Positions 1 through 8,604 of a DNA stretch of 64,000 nucleotides are shown one piece after another. Location: NCBI GenBank assembly GCA_964485195.1, contig CAZAIK010000006.1:12720-76719 (forward strand), read 5' to 3'. Source of the stretch: an uncultured Methanosarcinales archaeon (GTDB lineage Archaea > Nanobdellota > Nanobdellia > Woesearchaeales > CAIVOO01). Under the pieces are notes generated by a model. That model made no database searches. It was not told where the DNA came from and worked only from the letters and a program-made list of their open reading frames with translations. Within the stretch, counting starts at the first letter, position 1; every line of letters starts with the position of its first letter. The translations under genes were made by a program, and so were the position numbers.

Positions 1-939
1 GAAGGTGCCTATATGAATTATTCCATCCACTTTGTCTTTCAGGTAAAGCGCGCTCAGGATTGTAATGGCGTCAGAGCCGGTGACGTTTTGGGGCAGCAGT
101 TTCTTGAGCTTCCTCCTGTTCTCCTTATTGTAAAGAGGGGACAAAAAGCTGTAATAGTTATAAAAAGAGAGGGGCTGTTTTACGCAAACCCCCTCTGAAA
201 GGAGAAACGCCTCTATGTCAAAGAAAGGGTATATGGAAAAAAGGGTGTGGTCATAGTCCCCCACTACCCCTATCTTCAGCCTTTTTTCCGGCCTGCTTTT
301 TTTTAGTCTGGATATGCTTCTCAAAGCTTTTTCGTATATTTCTTTAGTCTTTCCTTTTGTATCTGCGTTGTATATCATGTCAGCCATAAACGCATTATAC
401 ACAGAAAACAGTTTTTTCTTGTCGTCTGCTCCCGGGGAATTCAGAATTATCTCCTTAATCCTTGTAGCATATTTCATCTTTCGCACCCCCAAAACAAATG
501 CCTTTATGATTTTCAATCTGGGCCATTTTTCGGTGTAAGGCCTTAGCATCGCGATGTTCTTATATGCAGAAAGATACCCTGAAAATATCATTTCCACAGG
601 GTTGATGTTAAAGTTCCACAGCCTTATTTTTTTTCCCAGCGCATACTCAGCCCGGTTTTTCATCACCCCCCTGCATAAATATCCCAGCAGGCAGTTCTCG
701 TTCCTTCCTCCCCAGGCCCCGGGCATGGTAAGAATATTATTTCCTCTTCTTGCGCCTTCAATTATCTGTCCAAGAATCAGTTTTGCATCAAAGCACCAGG
801 TTTCAGGGGAATGCTTGACAGCCAGTTCAATTGTTTTCTTATTGGGCTTGCCCATATAGTCAATCTCAAAACCAAGAGATTTGAATATTGTTGACAGGAA
901 CACGGTCAAATCATTGTAATAAGCAAGCATGACTTTCAT
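1..939 (-). CDS. hypothetical protein, partial (C-terminus lies outside window); N-terminus MKVMLAYYNDLTVFLSTIFKSLGFEIDYMGKP
   Basis: Minus-strand frame ending at pos 939 (ATG = revcomp of 937-939) contains no stop codon down to pos 1; I checked every + triplet for tta/cta/tca. Absent from the ORF track because it is truncated by the window edge. Confidence 0.5.
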   Translation of the reverse strand, partial: MKVMLAYYNDLTVFLSTIFKSLGFEIDYMGKPNKKTIELAVKHSPETWCFDAKLILGQIIEGARRGNNILTMPGAWGGRNENCLLGYLCRGVMKNRAEYALGKKIRLWNFNINPVEMIFSGYLSAYKNIAMLRPYTEKWPRLKIIKAFVLGVRKMKYATRIKEIILNSPGADDKKKLFSVYNAFMADMIYNADTKGKTKEIYEKALRSISRLKKSRPEKRLKIGVVGDYDHTLFSIYPFFDIEAFLLSEGVCVKQPLSFYNYYSFLSPLYNKENRRKLKKLLPQNVTGSDAITILSALYLKDKVDGIIHIGTF

Positions 940-971
940 TTTGGTTTAAAAAGACAGAAAAATTATTAAAC

Positions 972-1541
972 TTATGCCCTGCCTCTGCTCTCACCCAGGA
1001 CGATTCCAGAAGCTATAAGATGGGCAACCCTGATGGGCTCCGGTATTTTGCCGTGGGTGCAGGTTATTCCTATCAGCCCTGTTAAATCCCTTCCTGAAAT
1101 GCCTGCAGATTGCACATACAGATGCTTCACTTTTTTTATTTCGCCTGCTTTTCCTATCATTTCAGCTTTTTTCCCTCCGTTTTTAATATTTTTCAATGCC
1201 TCCCTGATCTTTTCCATATCAGGTTTGTTTTTCATTACAACAACCACGGGAAGCTTTGTCTTTTCGTTTAGTTTTTTTATGTCAACAACATTAAACCCTC
1301 CCACAGCGATGCCCTTCAGCATTATGATCTGCAACTGGGGCTTGTGCTTTGTTTTCCTGAAAAGCTCAATTATTTTGTCCGTGGCATCGTCCCCGTCCAC
1401 TTCAGCGTATGTTGAGACCAGGCCGTCCATCAAGTCCCCTCCCCTGTAAACCGTGCCGACCAGAAGAACTTTCCTGTCATTGAACTTGTCAAAGGGAGAG
1501 TCATCTATTCCCATAATGCGTATTTCTTTTTTTATGCTCAT
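972..1541 (-). CDS. DUF99/UPF0215 family protein (putative endonuclease dU-like)
   Basis: 189 aa. MGIDDSPF...LLVGTVYRGG...GLIGITCTHGKIPEPIRVAH pattern typical of archaeal UPF0215. Overlaps upstream trmI by about 41 nt; an internal Met (10th residue) may be the real start. Confidence 0.55.
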   Translation of the reverse strand: MSIKKEIRIMGIDDSPFDKFNDRKVLLVGTVYRGGDLMDGLVSTYAEVDGDDATDKIIELFRKTKHKPQLQIIMLKGIAVGGFNVVDIKKLNEKTKLPVVVVMKNKPDMEKIREALKNIKNGGKKAEMIGKAGEIKKVKHLYVQSAGISGRDLTGLIGITCTHGKIPEPIRVAHLIASGIVLGESRGRA

Positions 1542-2295
1542 TTTGGTTTCTTGATATTTTTCTGATAAATGAAATGAAGCCTGAATGGATATTTGTCCTG
1601 CTCACCGGCCTTACAATTTCTCCTGAAACTTTCCATTCCCTTTCAACCAGCTCAACAGTTTTCACAGGCATCAGCCCCTCAAATTCCCTTGCCTTGTTCA
1701 TTGCCTTCTGCATCTGGCTTACGCTGGGAGTGTAAATCACAAGAAAACCTCCCGGCTTCAGTGATTTGCCTGCATTTTCAATCGCTCTCCAGGGCTCGGG
1801 GACATCAAGAAGAAACAAGTCGCCTTTGTCCTCCATATTCTCATAAATGTTTATTTTTTTGATTTCTATGTTTTTTATTTTCAGTTTTTTGATGTTCTCT
1901 TTTATTGTCGCTATGCTCTCCTCGTCAATGTCGTATGATATTATTTTTTTAACCAACCCTGAAACAAAGCAGGAAAAACCGCCAGAGCCGGAGCCAGCTT
2001 CCAGAACAACAGAGTCCTTGCCAATTCCTGTTATTGCAATTATATGGCCAATGTCTTTCAATGGTATTACTTGTGCGTGCCTTCTTATTCTCCTGTAAAA
2101 ATCAATGAATTTCGGGGAAAAAACAAAGTATTCCCTGTCAGTAGAAGATTTAATTCTGGAGCCATCTGTTTTTTTCATATCCTCAGGCTTGATTTTTCCG
2201 TATTTTGTATGGAACTCTTTATTAGTGTCTTCAACAAAATACTGCTGTTTCTTGACAAACTCACTTCCTTTAGTTGCAATGGTTTTAGCCTCCAT
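1501..2295 (-). CDS. trmI: tRNA (adenine-N1)-methyltransferase TrmI (Gcd14-like)
   Basis: 264 aa. SAM motif VLEAGSGSGGFS, GCD14-type N- and C-terminal organisation. Confidence 0.75.
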   Translation of the reverse strand: MEAKTIATKGSEFVKKQQYFVEDTNKEFHTKYGKIKPEDMKKTDGSRIKSSTDREYFVFSPKFIDFYRRIRRHAQVIPLKDIGHIIAITGIGKDSVVLEAGSGSGGFSCFVSGLVKKIISYDIDEESIATIKENIKKLKIKNIEIKKINIYENMEDKGDLFLLDVPEPWRAIENAGKSLKPGGFLVIYTPSVSQMQKAMNKAREFEGLMPVKTVELVEREWKVSGEIVRPVSRTNIHSGFISFIRKISRNQNEHKKRNTHYGNR

Positions 2296-2346
2296 ATTGA
2301 CAATTTGGGCAGTTATATTTAAAAAACTTTATTCTAAACAACGGAT

Positions 2347-2793
2347 ATGAAAGTCATAATAGTAACAGGAACTCCTGGAACTGGAAAAAGCAGGACTGCA
2401 AGAAAAATTGCAAAAGAAAAAGGATACAGGTATTTTGACGTTAACAAGTTAATTAAGGAAAATAATCTGCACGAGGAGTATGACAGGAAGAGGCAGACCT
2501 ACAACGTTGATGTTAAAAAACTTAACAGGTTTCTCCTTAAACTGATTGAAGAGGAGAAGGCTAAAAAAACAAAGGGAATCATCCTTGATTCCCATTTGAC
2601 CCATTACCTGCCTGCGGTTTATGCTGACTTGTGCATTGTTACAAAGACTGATTTGAGAAAGCTGAAGAGACGGCTGGAGAAGAGGGGCTATTCCAAGGGC
2701 AAAATAAGGGAAAACCTGGATGCTGAAATATTTGATGTCTGCCTCCAGAAAGCAAAAGAGATTGGCCACAAGACCAAAGTTATTGGGACATAA
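2347..2793 (+). CDS. putative adenylate kinase, AK6/Fap7-like nucleoside kinase
   Basis: 148 aa. P-loop IIVTGTPGTGKS at N-terminus; small archaeal COG1936-like kinase. Confidence 0.7.
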   Translation: MKVIIVTGTPGTGKSRTARKIAKEKGYRYFDVNKLIKENNLHEEYDRKRQTYNVDVKKLNRFLLKLIEEEKAKKTKGIILDSHLTHYLPAVYADLCIVTKTDLRKLKRRLEKRGYSKGKIRENLDAEIFDVCLQKAKEIGHKTKVIGT

Positions 2794-2821
2794 TTTCTAA
2801 TAAGAATAAAAAAAATTAAAA

Positions 2822-4099
2822 TTAAATATCATTTATGGTCAGCAATGCGACTGATGTTTCTGAAGGCTTTACCCTGGAATCCATAGCTACCAGATACTTG
2901 ACGCCGGACCTTTCTGCCAGTTGCGCAAGCTCTTTTTCTACTATGCCGTCAAACACCACTGCATTCACATTGCCCAAGGACTTAATTGCCGCTTCCAGCT
3001 CTGCCAAAGGAACCTTGCCTAATATGCTCAGCTTCTGGTCAAGAAGATAGGCTCCCTTCGTTCCGACCAGGTCATTCAGCATGTCTATGAAGGTTTTTTT
3101 CTCTGGCTCTGAAAGCTTGGCCGGCTTGGCTGTTGGCTTTTTGGGAGGGACTCTTTGCGATGCTGGCGCAGTTCTCTTTTGCTGTTGTGCTGTCCTGGAC
3201 TGCTGTTTTTGCCCTTTCTGAAACATAGGCCTTTGCAAAGGACCCTGTTTTACACCGGGGCTTGCTGCCGGCATTTCCATCTTTACCTGTTCTGCAGTTA
3301 TCTTGCTTCTCAGAGCCTTGTGGATCTCCTTTTTGGCAAGTTCCTCCACTTCCTTGCCCTGGTCAGCCTTGGTAACAAAGTCAATGTCAGTAACTGTCAG
3401 CAGTTCCTTGATTATCAAGTCGCCGCCTCTGTCCCCGTCTACGAACACGGTTGTTTCCTTTCTCCTGGCCAGGTCCTTTATGGTTTCCGGAATGCTGGTG
3501 CCGTTTATGGCTATTGCATTCTTAAATCCGTGCTTTAAAAGGTTCAGGACATCCGCCCTTCCTTCCACAATTATTATGTCCTCTGAATCATCAAGGTTCG
3601 GCCCCGCAGGAAGCCTTTCCCTCCCATATTCTGTTATCTCCATAACCCTCACAGATGATGCAACCTCTTCTGAAATTTCCTGTGAGTCAGGCATTGAGCT
3701 TTCCACAAGGTTCTTTAGAAGGGTTTTTGCCCTTTCCACTACAAAGTGCCTTTTGGAAACCCTGACATCTTCAATTTTGTCAACTTTAAGCTTTGCGTTG
3801 CAAGGCCCTATCCTCTGGATTATTTCAAGCGAAGCTCCAATGATTGCTGTCTCTGACTTGTCCATGCTGGAAGGAATCAAGATAGTTCCTGATGTTCTTC
3901 CGCCTTTGGTATCAAGATTTACATCTATTCTTCCTATCCTGCCGCTTCTCTGCAATTCCCTTAATTCCAGTTCTTCGCCTAAAAGGCCTTCTGTCTGCCC
4001 GAAAATTGCGCCTATGACATCTGGGCGGTCCACAATGCCATCTGCTTCTATGGTGGCTTGGACTAGGTATTTCGCCGATACTGGGCTTATTTTTGCCAT
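2822..4099 (-). CDS. dnaG: archaeal DnaG-like primase (Toprim domain)
   Basis: 425 aa. N-terminus MAKISPVSAKYLVQATIEADG typical of archaeal DnaG; Toprim IIIVEGRADV...DGDRGGD; contains a Q/K/P-rich low-complexity linker. Confidence 0.8.
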   Translation of the reverse strand: MAKISPVSAKYLVQATIEADGIVDRPDVIGAIFGQTEGLLGEELELRELQRSGRIGRIDVNLDTKGGRTSGTILIPSSMDKSETAIIGASLEIIQRIGPCNAKLKVDKIEDVRVSKRHFVVERAKTLLKNLVESSMPDSQEISEEVASSVRVMEITEYGRERLPAGPNLDDSEDIIIVEGRADVLNLLKHGFKNAIAINGTSIPETIKDLARRKETTVFVDGDRGGDLIIKELLTVTDIDFVTKADQGKEVEELAKKEIHKALRSKITAEQVKMEMPAASPGVKQGPLQRPMFQKGQKQQSRTAQQQKRTAPASQRVPPKKPTAKPAKLSEPEKKTFIDMLNDLVGTKGAYLLDQKLSILGKVPLAELEAAIKSLGNVNAVVFDGIVEKELAQLAERSGVKYLVAMDSRVKPSETSVALLTINDI

Positions 4100-4435
4100 T
4101 TTTACCTCCTATTAGAACAAGTTAGCTCTAAAATTGAGCTTTTTCAGTCTTTGAATGAATGAATAAGTGTGATTAAACGAGCTTAATCTTGTTCTACGAG
4201 CTTTTTAAGTGTAAATTGAAGTTTGTTGCCCGAAACACTAACTCTCAAGCTCATTGCTTGAATTTATCGTATGCTCCATTGAGTACTCTCGTGACGGGCA
4301 GATATTTGGGATTTTTAGCCTAAAAAACACATTTTTAAGCCCCCTAATATCAAAATAATTTAAATCATTCTGATTTTTAAACTTTTCTTTGGCTTTCGAT
4401 AAATTTAAATACCTCTTTTAAGGAAGAAAAACAGT

Positions 4436-4675
4436 ATGAAATGCAGAATTCATAACAAGGACGTTCTGGCTGTGTGTGAATGGTGCGGCAAGGAATTATG
4501 CAGGAGATGCATTTCCAAGACTAATGGAAAGAAGGCCTATTGCACTGACTGCGCTGTTAAAATGGAGGATTTTATCAAGAGAAAACAGGTTGAGAAAATC
4601 CAGCAGGAAGAGAAAGAGAATGAAGAAGCGTCTTCTCAAGAATATTTTAATTTTAGCGCCTTAAAAAAGACTTAG
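4436..4675 (+). CDS. small zinc-ribbon protein (hypothetical)
   Basis: 79 aa. CEWCGKELCRRC...CTDC cysteine pairs, acidic C-terminus. Confidence 0.4.
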   Translation: MKCRIHNKDVLAVCEWCGKELCRRCISKTNGKKAYCTDCAVKMEDFIKRKQVEKIQQEEKENEEASSQEYFNFSALKKT

Positions 4676-4769
4676 AGGCTTTTGATTGGGAAATAAAGCC
4701 CAAAAAGCGCTTTAAAATCCAAAACATTTATTAATGCAAGTTTAATATTAAACAGAAGAGGTGATATTC

Positions 4770-4979
4770 ATGACTGAAGGCATACTTCCTCTCGCTGCAA
4801 TGGAAAAGATTATGAAAAAAAACGGGGCTAACAGGGTGAGCGCCGATGCCAAGGAGGCCTTGAGGGATTCTCTGGAGGATATTGGCAGGAAAATTGCGGA
4901 AAAAGCCAATCAGATTGCAAAGCATGCAGGAAGAAATACCATTAAATCCGAAGATGTAAAGCTTGCTCTTAAAAGCTGA
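4770..4979 (+). CDS. archaeal histone (HMf-like histone fold)
   Basis: ORF 4761..4979. Internal ATG gives MTEGILPLAAMEKIMKK...RVSADAKEAL, a histone A/B signature; GAGGTGA RBS-like upstream. Confidence 0.8.
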   Translation: MTEGILPLAAMEKIMKKNGANRVSADAKEALRDSLEDIGRKIAEKANQIAKHAGRNTIKSEDVKLALKS

Positions 4980-4981
4980 CC

Positions 4982-5440
4982 ATGACCCTTGTTGAATTTC
5001 TAAAAGAATGGGTAACTAATTATGTAAAAAGCCGGGATGTTATGAAGCAGACTGTTGTGGAAATAGAAAAAGATGTGAAAGAGATCATAGTAACACACAA
5101 ACACAAGGAGGTGAAATATTTTATTGACCCATTCCTTGAAAACCTGGGAAGAAATCTTGAGGAAATCAAAATGGACAGCGATGCCTGCGTAGTCTGCCTG
5201 AACACAAAAGAGAATCTTAAGAAAGTTTTAGAGTCTTGGAAAGACCTTGTTTTATACAGGCATCTTGCAATTCTTTTTGCCAACCCTTTTTCCAAGACAG
5301 ACAAGTCCTGGTCTGTTTTCCCCTACACCCATAACAGGATCTCTGACTTTTCCGCACTTAAGCCGGGCCTGAACACCATGTTTGAACAGGTGGAAGAGGC
5401 TGACAAGGACGAGATTAACAAAATGTATGACAGGGCATAA
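4982..5440 (+). CDS. hypothetical protein
   Basis: 152 aa. Directly follows histone gene; no recognisable motif. Confidence 0.4.
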   Translation: MTLVEFLKEWVTNYVKSRDVMKQTVVEIEKDVKEIIVTHKHKEVKYFIDPFLENLGRNLEEIKMDSDACVVCLNTKENLKKVLESWKDLVLYRHLAILFANPFSKTDKSWSVFPYTHNRISDFSALKPGLNTMFEQVEEADKDEINKMYDRA

Positions 5441-6157
5441 TTATTTTTCTGAATCCTTCCACAAAAAACTGAAATAATTCCTGTAAGCCTCTGCTATTGC
5501 TTTTTCCCTGATTAGAGTTGCCGTCGGAACATCCCCCCACACAATTATTGATATTTTGTCTCCGTAAATGTTTGTTGAAACCCTTGAATCGTGGCCCGGA
5601 AGATACCTTATCTCAGCAAGGGGTATCCTTTTTATGATTTTTTCATCCTTAAGCGATTTGCTGAAAAGCATCTTCATCTTAATGTTTTTTTCCCTTCTCT
5701 GGAGATTAAACCTGGGAAAATAATAATTGAGCGTGTCCCTCACTTCCACTGTTGAAGCAATTACCAGGATTTCCCTGCCCTCTTTTAGCTGGTCATCAAA
5801 AACTGTTTTCAAGGCCTGCTTGCCCCTGAAGAACAACGTTTCCTTTTTCTCTTTGGAAAATTCAAATCTTTTCTGGAGTTCAGGAAGGGCTTCCTTTACC
5901 AGAGCTTCCTTTTCCTTAAGCATTTCAAGCAATCTTGCCGGAGGGTAAGCCTCAAAATATTTCCTGTTGTTTGTTTTTATGTAGGATATCAGGCCTTTTT
6001 CTATCAGCCTGTTGAGGGCATCATAAACCGTCCTCCTGTGAATTCCTGTTTTCCTGGCGATTTCCCCTGCCAGGCAGCTTCCCAGGTCTATTATCGCAAG
6101 ATACACATCAATCTCAATATTTGTCAGTCCGAGTTCCTCAAGCATTTTTTTGTCCAT
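5441..6157 (-). CDS. TrmB-family transcriptional regulator
   Basis: 238 aa. N-terminal wHTH (LTNIEIDVYLAIIDLGSCLAGEIARKTGIHRRTVYDALNRLIEKGL) plus C-terminal TrmB-type domain. Confidence 0.7.
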   Translation of the reverse strand: MDKKMLEELGLTNIEIDVYLAIIDLGSCLAGEIARKTGIHRRTVYDALNRLIEKGLISYIKTNNRKYFEAYPPARLLEMLKEKEALVKEALPELQKRFEFSKEKKETLFFRGKQALKTVFDDQLKEGREILVIASTVEVRDTLNYYFPRFNLQRREKNIKMKMLFSKSLKDEKIIKRIPLAEIRYLPGHDSRVSTNIYGDKISIIVWGDVPTATLIREKAIAEAYRNYFSFLWKDSEK

Positions 6158-6219
6158 TAATTCTGATAATTATCCTGAATATAAATAATTTGTGGTGAAT
6201 TATCACACCCCAATAATTT

Positions 6220-7224
6220 TTGTATTTATTACCTCTACTTTATTCACAGGTGATTGATATGAAAAAGAGAGAATTTTTCCACAAGCCGGAAACAGTGCAG
6301 GAAATACTTGGAGGAAAAAAAGTCAGGCATATTTCCAGGGATATAGCTGAAAAAACTGCGGAATTATCAGAAAATGAGGGGATTATTATTCCTGAGATTG
6401 TTCCTGACGATTTTGAAAGCAGGCTGAGATTTCTCAAAAGGGGCGCCCAGGTAATCCTGGAAGTTGGAAAAACACAGGCAGATGCAATTTATGACGGAAT
6501 AACCCCCCAGACTGCCCATCAAAAAGCAATGTCCAGCCTGAAAAAAGAAAAATATTGCGGTATGGTCTGGAAATCCCTGAGAAGAAATGAGTGGAAAAGG
6601 GCAACACTTGACGAGTCAATAAAAGGAACCAAGCTTTTTGCCTGGACAGAATTAACAGGCAACAAAATAGAGGCAAAGCCGTATAATGATATTCAGGATG
6701 TTGGCTTTTACGGGGGAAAATTCAAGTTCAGGGTTCCTTCAAGAACACCAAAGAACAGGAGACATGAGCTGACTGCAGAAAGTGTTCCTATAAAGCGGTC
6801 AAGATACAATCCAGTTATATGGACAGACTTGACATTCACTCATTATTGTGGTATTGTGGGGAACGATTTCTCATTCAGATACGTCAAAAGCGAGGATTTC
6901 TGCGCGCACGGAATTGCAGCACTGGAATTCCTTGCAAAAGAGGAGTATACAAGAGGGGAGTACCTGGCGAAAAAGAACAGGGTTCCCTTTGACTTTATGC
7001 CCTTCCCCCTCCCAACAGAAGAGATGGTTCATTATCATAACAAATTAATGAGCCAGGTTATGGTTTCATATAAAGATCCGGAGGGAAAACAAAGAAAAAG
7101 GCCGTTGAACAAGGCAGAAAGGGAAATTTTGCTGTGGGACTTTGTAAGGGTAAATGGCTACGAGCCCACATTCGGGCCGAAAGACAAGAAGATAACAGAA
7201 TATGCCTGGGAAAAAGCAGCTTAA
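6220..7224 (+). CDS. conserved hypothetical protein (unknown function)
   Basis: 334 aa. Track start is non-ATG; internal ATG (MKKREFF, 14th codon) is the likelier start. Divergent from the TrmB regulator. Confidence 0.45.
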   Translation: MYLLPLLYSQVIDMKKREFFHKPETVQEILGGKKVRHISRDIAEKTAELSENEGIIIPEIVPDDFESRLRFLKRGAQVILEVGKTQADAIYDGITPQTAHQKAMSSLKKEKYCGMVWKSLRRNEWKRATLDESIKGTKLFAWTELTGNKIEAKPYNDIQDVGFYGGKFKFRVPSRTPKNRRHELTAESVPIKRSRYNPVIWTDLTFTHYCGIVGNDFSFRYVKSEDFCAHGIAALEFLAKEEYTRGEYLAKKNRVPFDFMPFPLPTEEMVHYHNKLMSQVMVSYKDPEGKQRKRPLNKAEREILLWDFVRVNGYEPTFGPKDKKITEYAWEKAA

Positions 7225-7506
7225 CTATTCTTCCTCGCTTCCTCCTGACTCTTCAGGATAGGAGGGCACTGCCGCCTTTGAGATAATCATTACATCCCCA
7301 AATGACTTTACCAGAGAATGCGGGACAATCACGCCTTTTGCCCCTCCCAGAACCTTTTCCAGGTAGGAGTTTTTTGTGGACTTGACTCTCCATCCGAAAA
7401 CCTTGGTTTTTGTAAGAATAGCTTCCTCTATTTCCCCAAAATAATCGCCAGCATCAGTAAATACTTTCATCCCAACAGTGTCAGAAATGTGTTTCATTCG
7501 CAGCAT
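7225..7506 (-). CDS. PRC-barrel domain protein
   Basis: 93 aa. MKVFTDAGDYFGEIEEAIL...GVIVPHSLV typical archaeal PRC barrel; GGAGG RBS-like upstream. Confidence 0.65.
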   Translation of the reverse strand: MLRMKHISDTVGMKVFTDAGDYFGEIEEAILTKTKVFGWRVKSTKNSYLEKVLGGAKGVIVPHSLVKSFGDVMIISKAAVPSYPEESGGSEEE

Positions 7507-7556
7507 CTTAAACTCCTCCTTTCAGAGTAGTAAGAATAAAGTTATTTAAATAGTTT

Positions 7557-7716
7557 GCGGTCTGTTGGTTAAGTCAAGTTAATTGTGCAAAAGCTGGTGC
7601 TGCGCTCCGTTCGATTATTTAATCGCTTCTGAACCCGATTCATTTGTAATCTAAGGTTTTGGTTGGCAACTGCGCCAGGCAGCACCAGCGCCAACACAGG
7701 ATAGTTGACTTAACCC
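7557..7716. ncRNA. candidate structured ncRNA (nested long stems; H/ACA-like if on minus strand)
   Basis: 216-bp ORF-free gap. Outer 11-bp stem TTGGTTAAGTCAA/TTGACTTAACC, symmetric 15/15 internal loop, inner perfect 11-bp stem GCTGGTGCTGC/GCAGCACCAGC, inner hairpin CGATTA-TTT-AATCG. On the minus strand an ACA follows the basal stem. Confidence 0.3.
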
Positions 7717-7722
7717 GGTCTG

Positions 7723-8562
7723 TCAAAATGCCTGGCGTATGATTATTCTGTAGGTTTCAAAAGTGTTGAGCACAATTGTTTCCACAATCGCTGCAAGGAC
7801 AAGAACCACCAGGGAGAGGATAAGTATCAAGGCATTAACTGCTATCAGGTTTTTAAAGGACTCTGAGCCAAACCTCTCCTTAAGAAAGCCTTCTGAAAGC
7901 TCAGTTCCCGAGATAGTTGCAAATATGTACGCCCCTATCTCAAGAATAACGTGGGGAAGAACACTGAAAAGCACCAGCACCAGGTAAATGAAGGGGTTTT
8001 TTCCGACAGCCATGGCCCCTGTCTTTGCAATGTTCCCAAAAATCGTGCCCCAAACAGAAGCATTCCACGCTATCAGGAATATTGCCCCGTTGCCCAGAGC
8101 GAGGGAAACAGCAAAAACAAGGAAAAGAACTTTAATGTTGTTCGCAAAGATTCCCATGAAAAGGCCTCTTGAAAAAACAGCACCTCCTGAGATTCCAATT
8201 ACCTCCAGCTGTTCCCTGAAGAGAATGTTTGATGCCAGGGCGGGCATCACTGTTGAGAAGAAGGCATAAACTATGAACATACCGAAGAAAGCATAAAAAT
8301 ATACCTTGATGAACTGCTTTTGGTTGTAAATGGCCCTTAATATTCCTCCCTCCCTGGCTTCCTCTATCTCCTCCAGCTCTGACAGCTTGTAAAGGGAAGG
8401 CAGGAAAAGCACTGAGATTATCAGCACAGATATCAGTGCAGGATCCTGTGGAAATAGCAGGACGGACGCTCCTATGCCTATGGTGGTATATGCCACTCCA
8501 AGAAGAAAGGCATACACTGGGTATTTTTTTAGAAAAGAGGCATCATATAGGCGCTCAAGCAT
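7723..8562 (-). CDS. SpoIIM-like (DUF95) integral membrane protein
   Basis: 279 aa, multiple TM helices; DUF95-type topology common in archaea. Confidence 0.55.
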   Translation of the reverse strand: MLERLYDASFLKKYPVYAFLLGVAYTTIGIGASVLLFPQDPALISVLIISVLFLPSLYKLSELEEIEEAREGGILRAIYNQKQFIKVYFYAFFGMFIVYAFFSTVMPALASNILFREQLEVIGISGGAVFSRGLFMGIFANNIKVLFLVFAVSLALGNGAIFLIAWNASVWGTIFGNIAKTGAMAVGKNPFIYLVLVLFSVLPHVILEIGAYIFATISGTELSEGFLKERFGSESFKNLIAVNALILILSLVVLVLAAIVETIVLNTFETYRIIIRQAF

Positions 8563-8604
8563 TTTTTAATTAAATTTTTATAGTTTTATAAAGTTTATCA
8601 TAAA

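Noticed and set aside
1501-1541. 41-nt overlap between DUF99 gene and trmI
   Set aside because: Probably start-codon over-extension of the DUF99 ORF (an internal Met 9 codons in gives a conventional MGIDDSPF start). Not a real programmed overlap.
7557-7716. Tested the structured element as 5S rRNA, tRNA(with intron), SRP RNA or RNase P RNA
   Set aside because: No three-way junction or loop C/E motifs (CCGAAC...GAAGUGAAAC). No T-loop with matching stem or anticodon arm. No SRP helix-8 or RNase P CR-I/II/V motifs. Kept only as generic ncRNA / H/ACA-like candidate.
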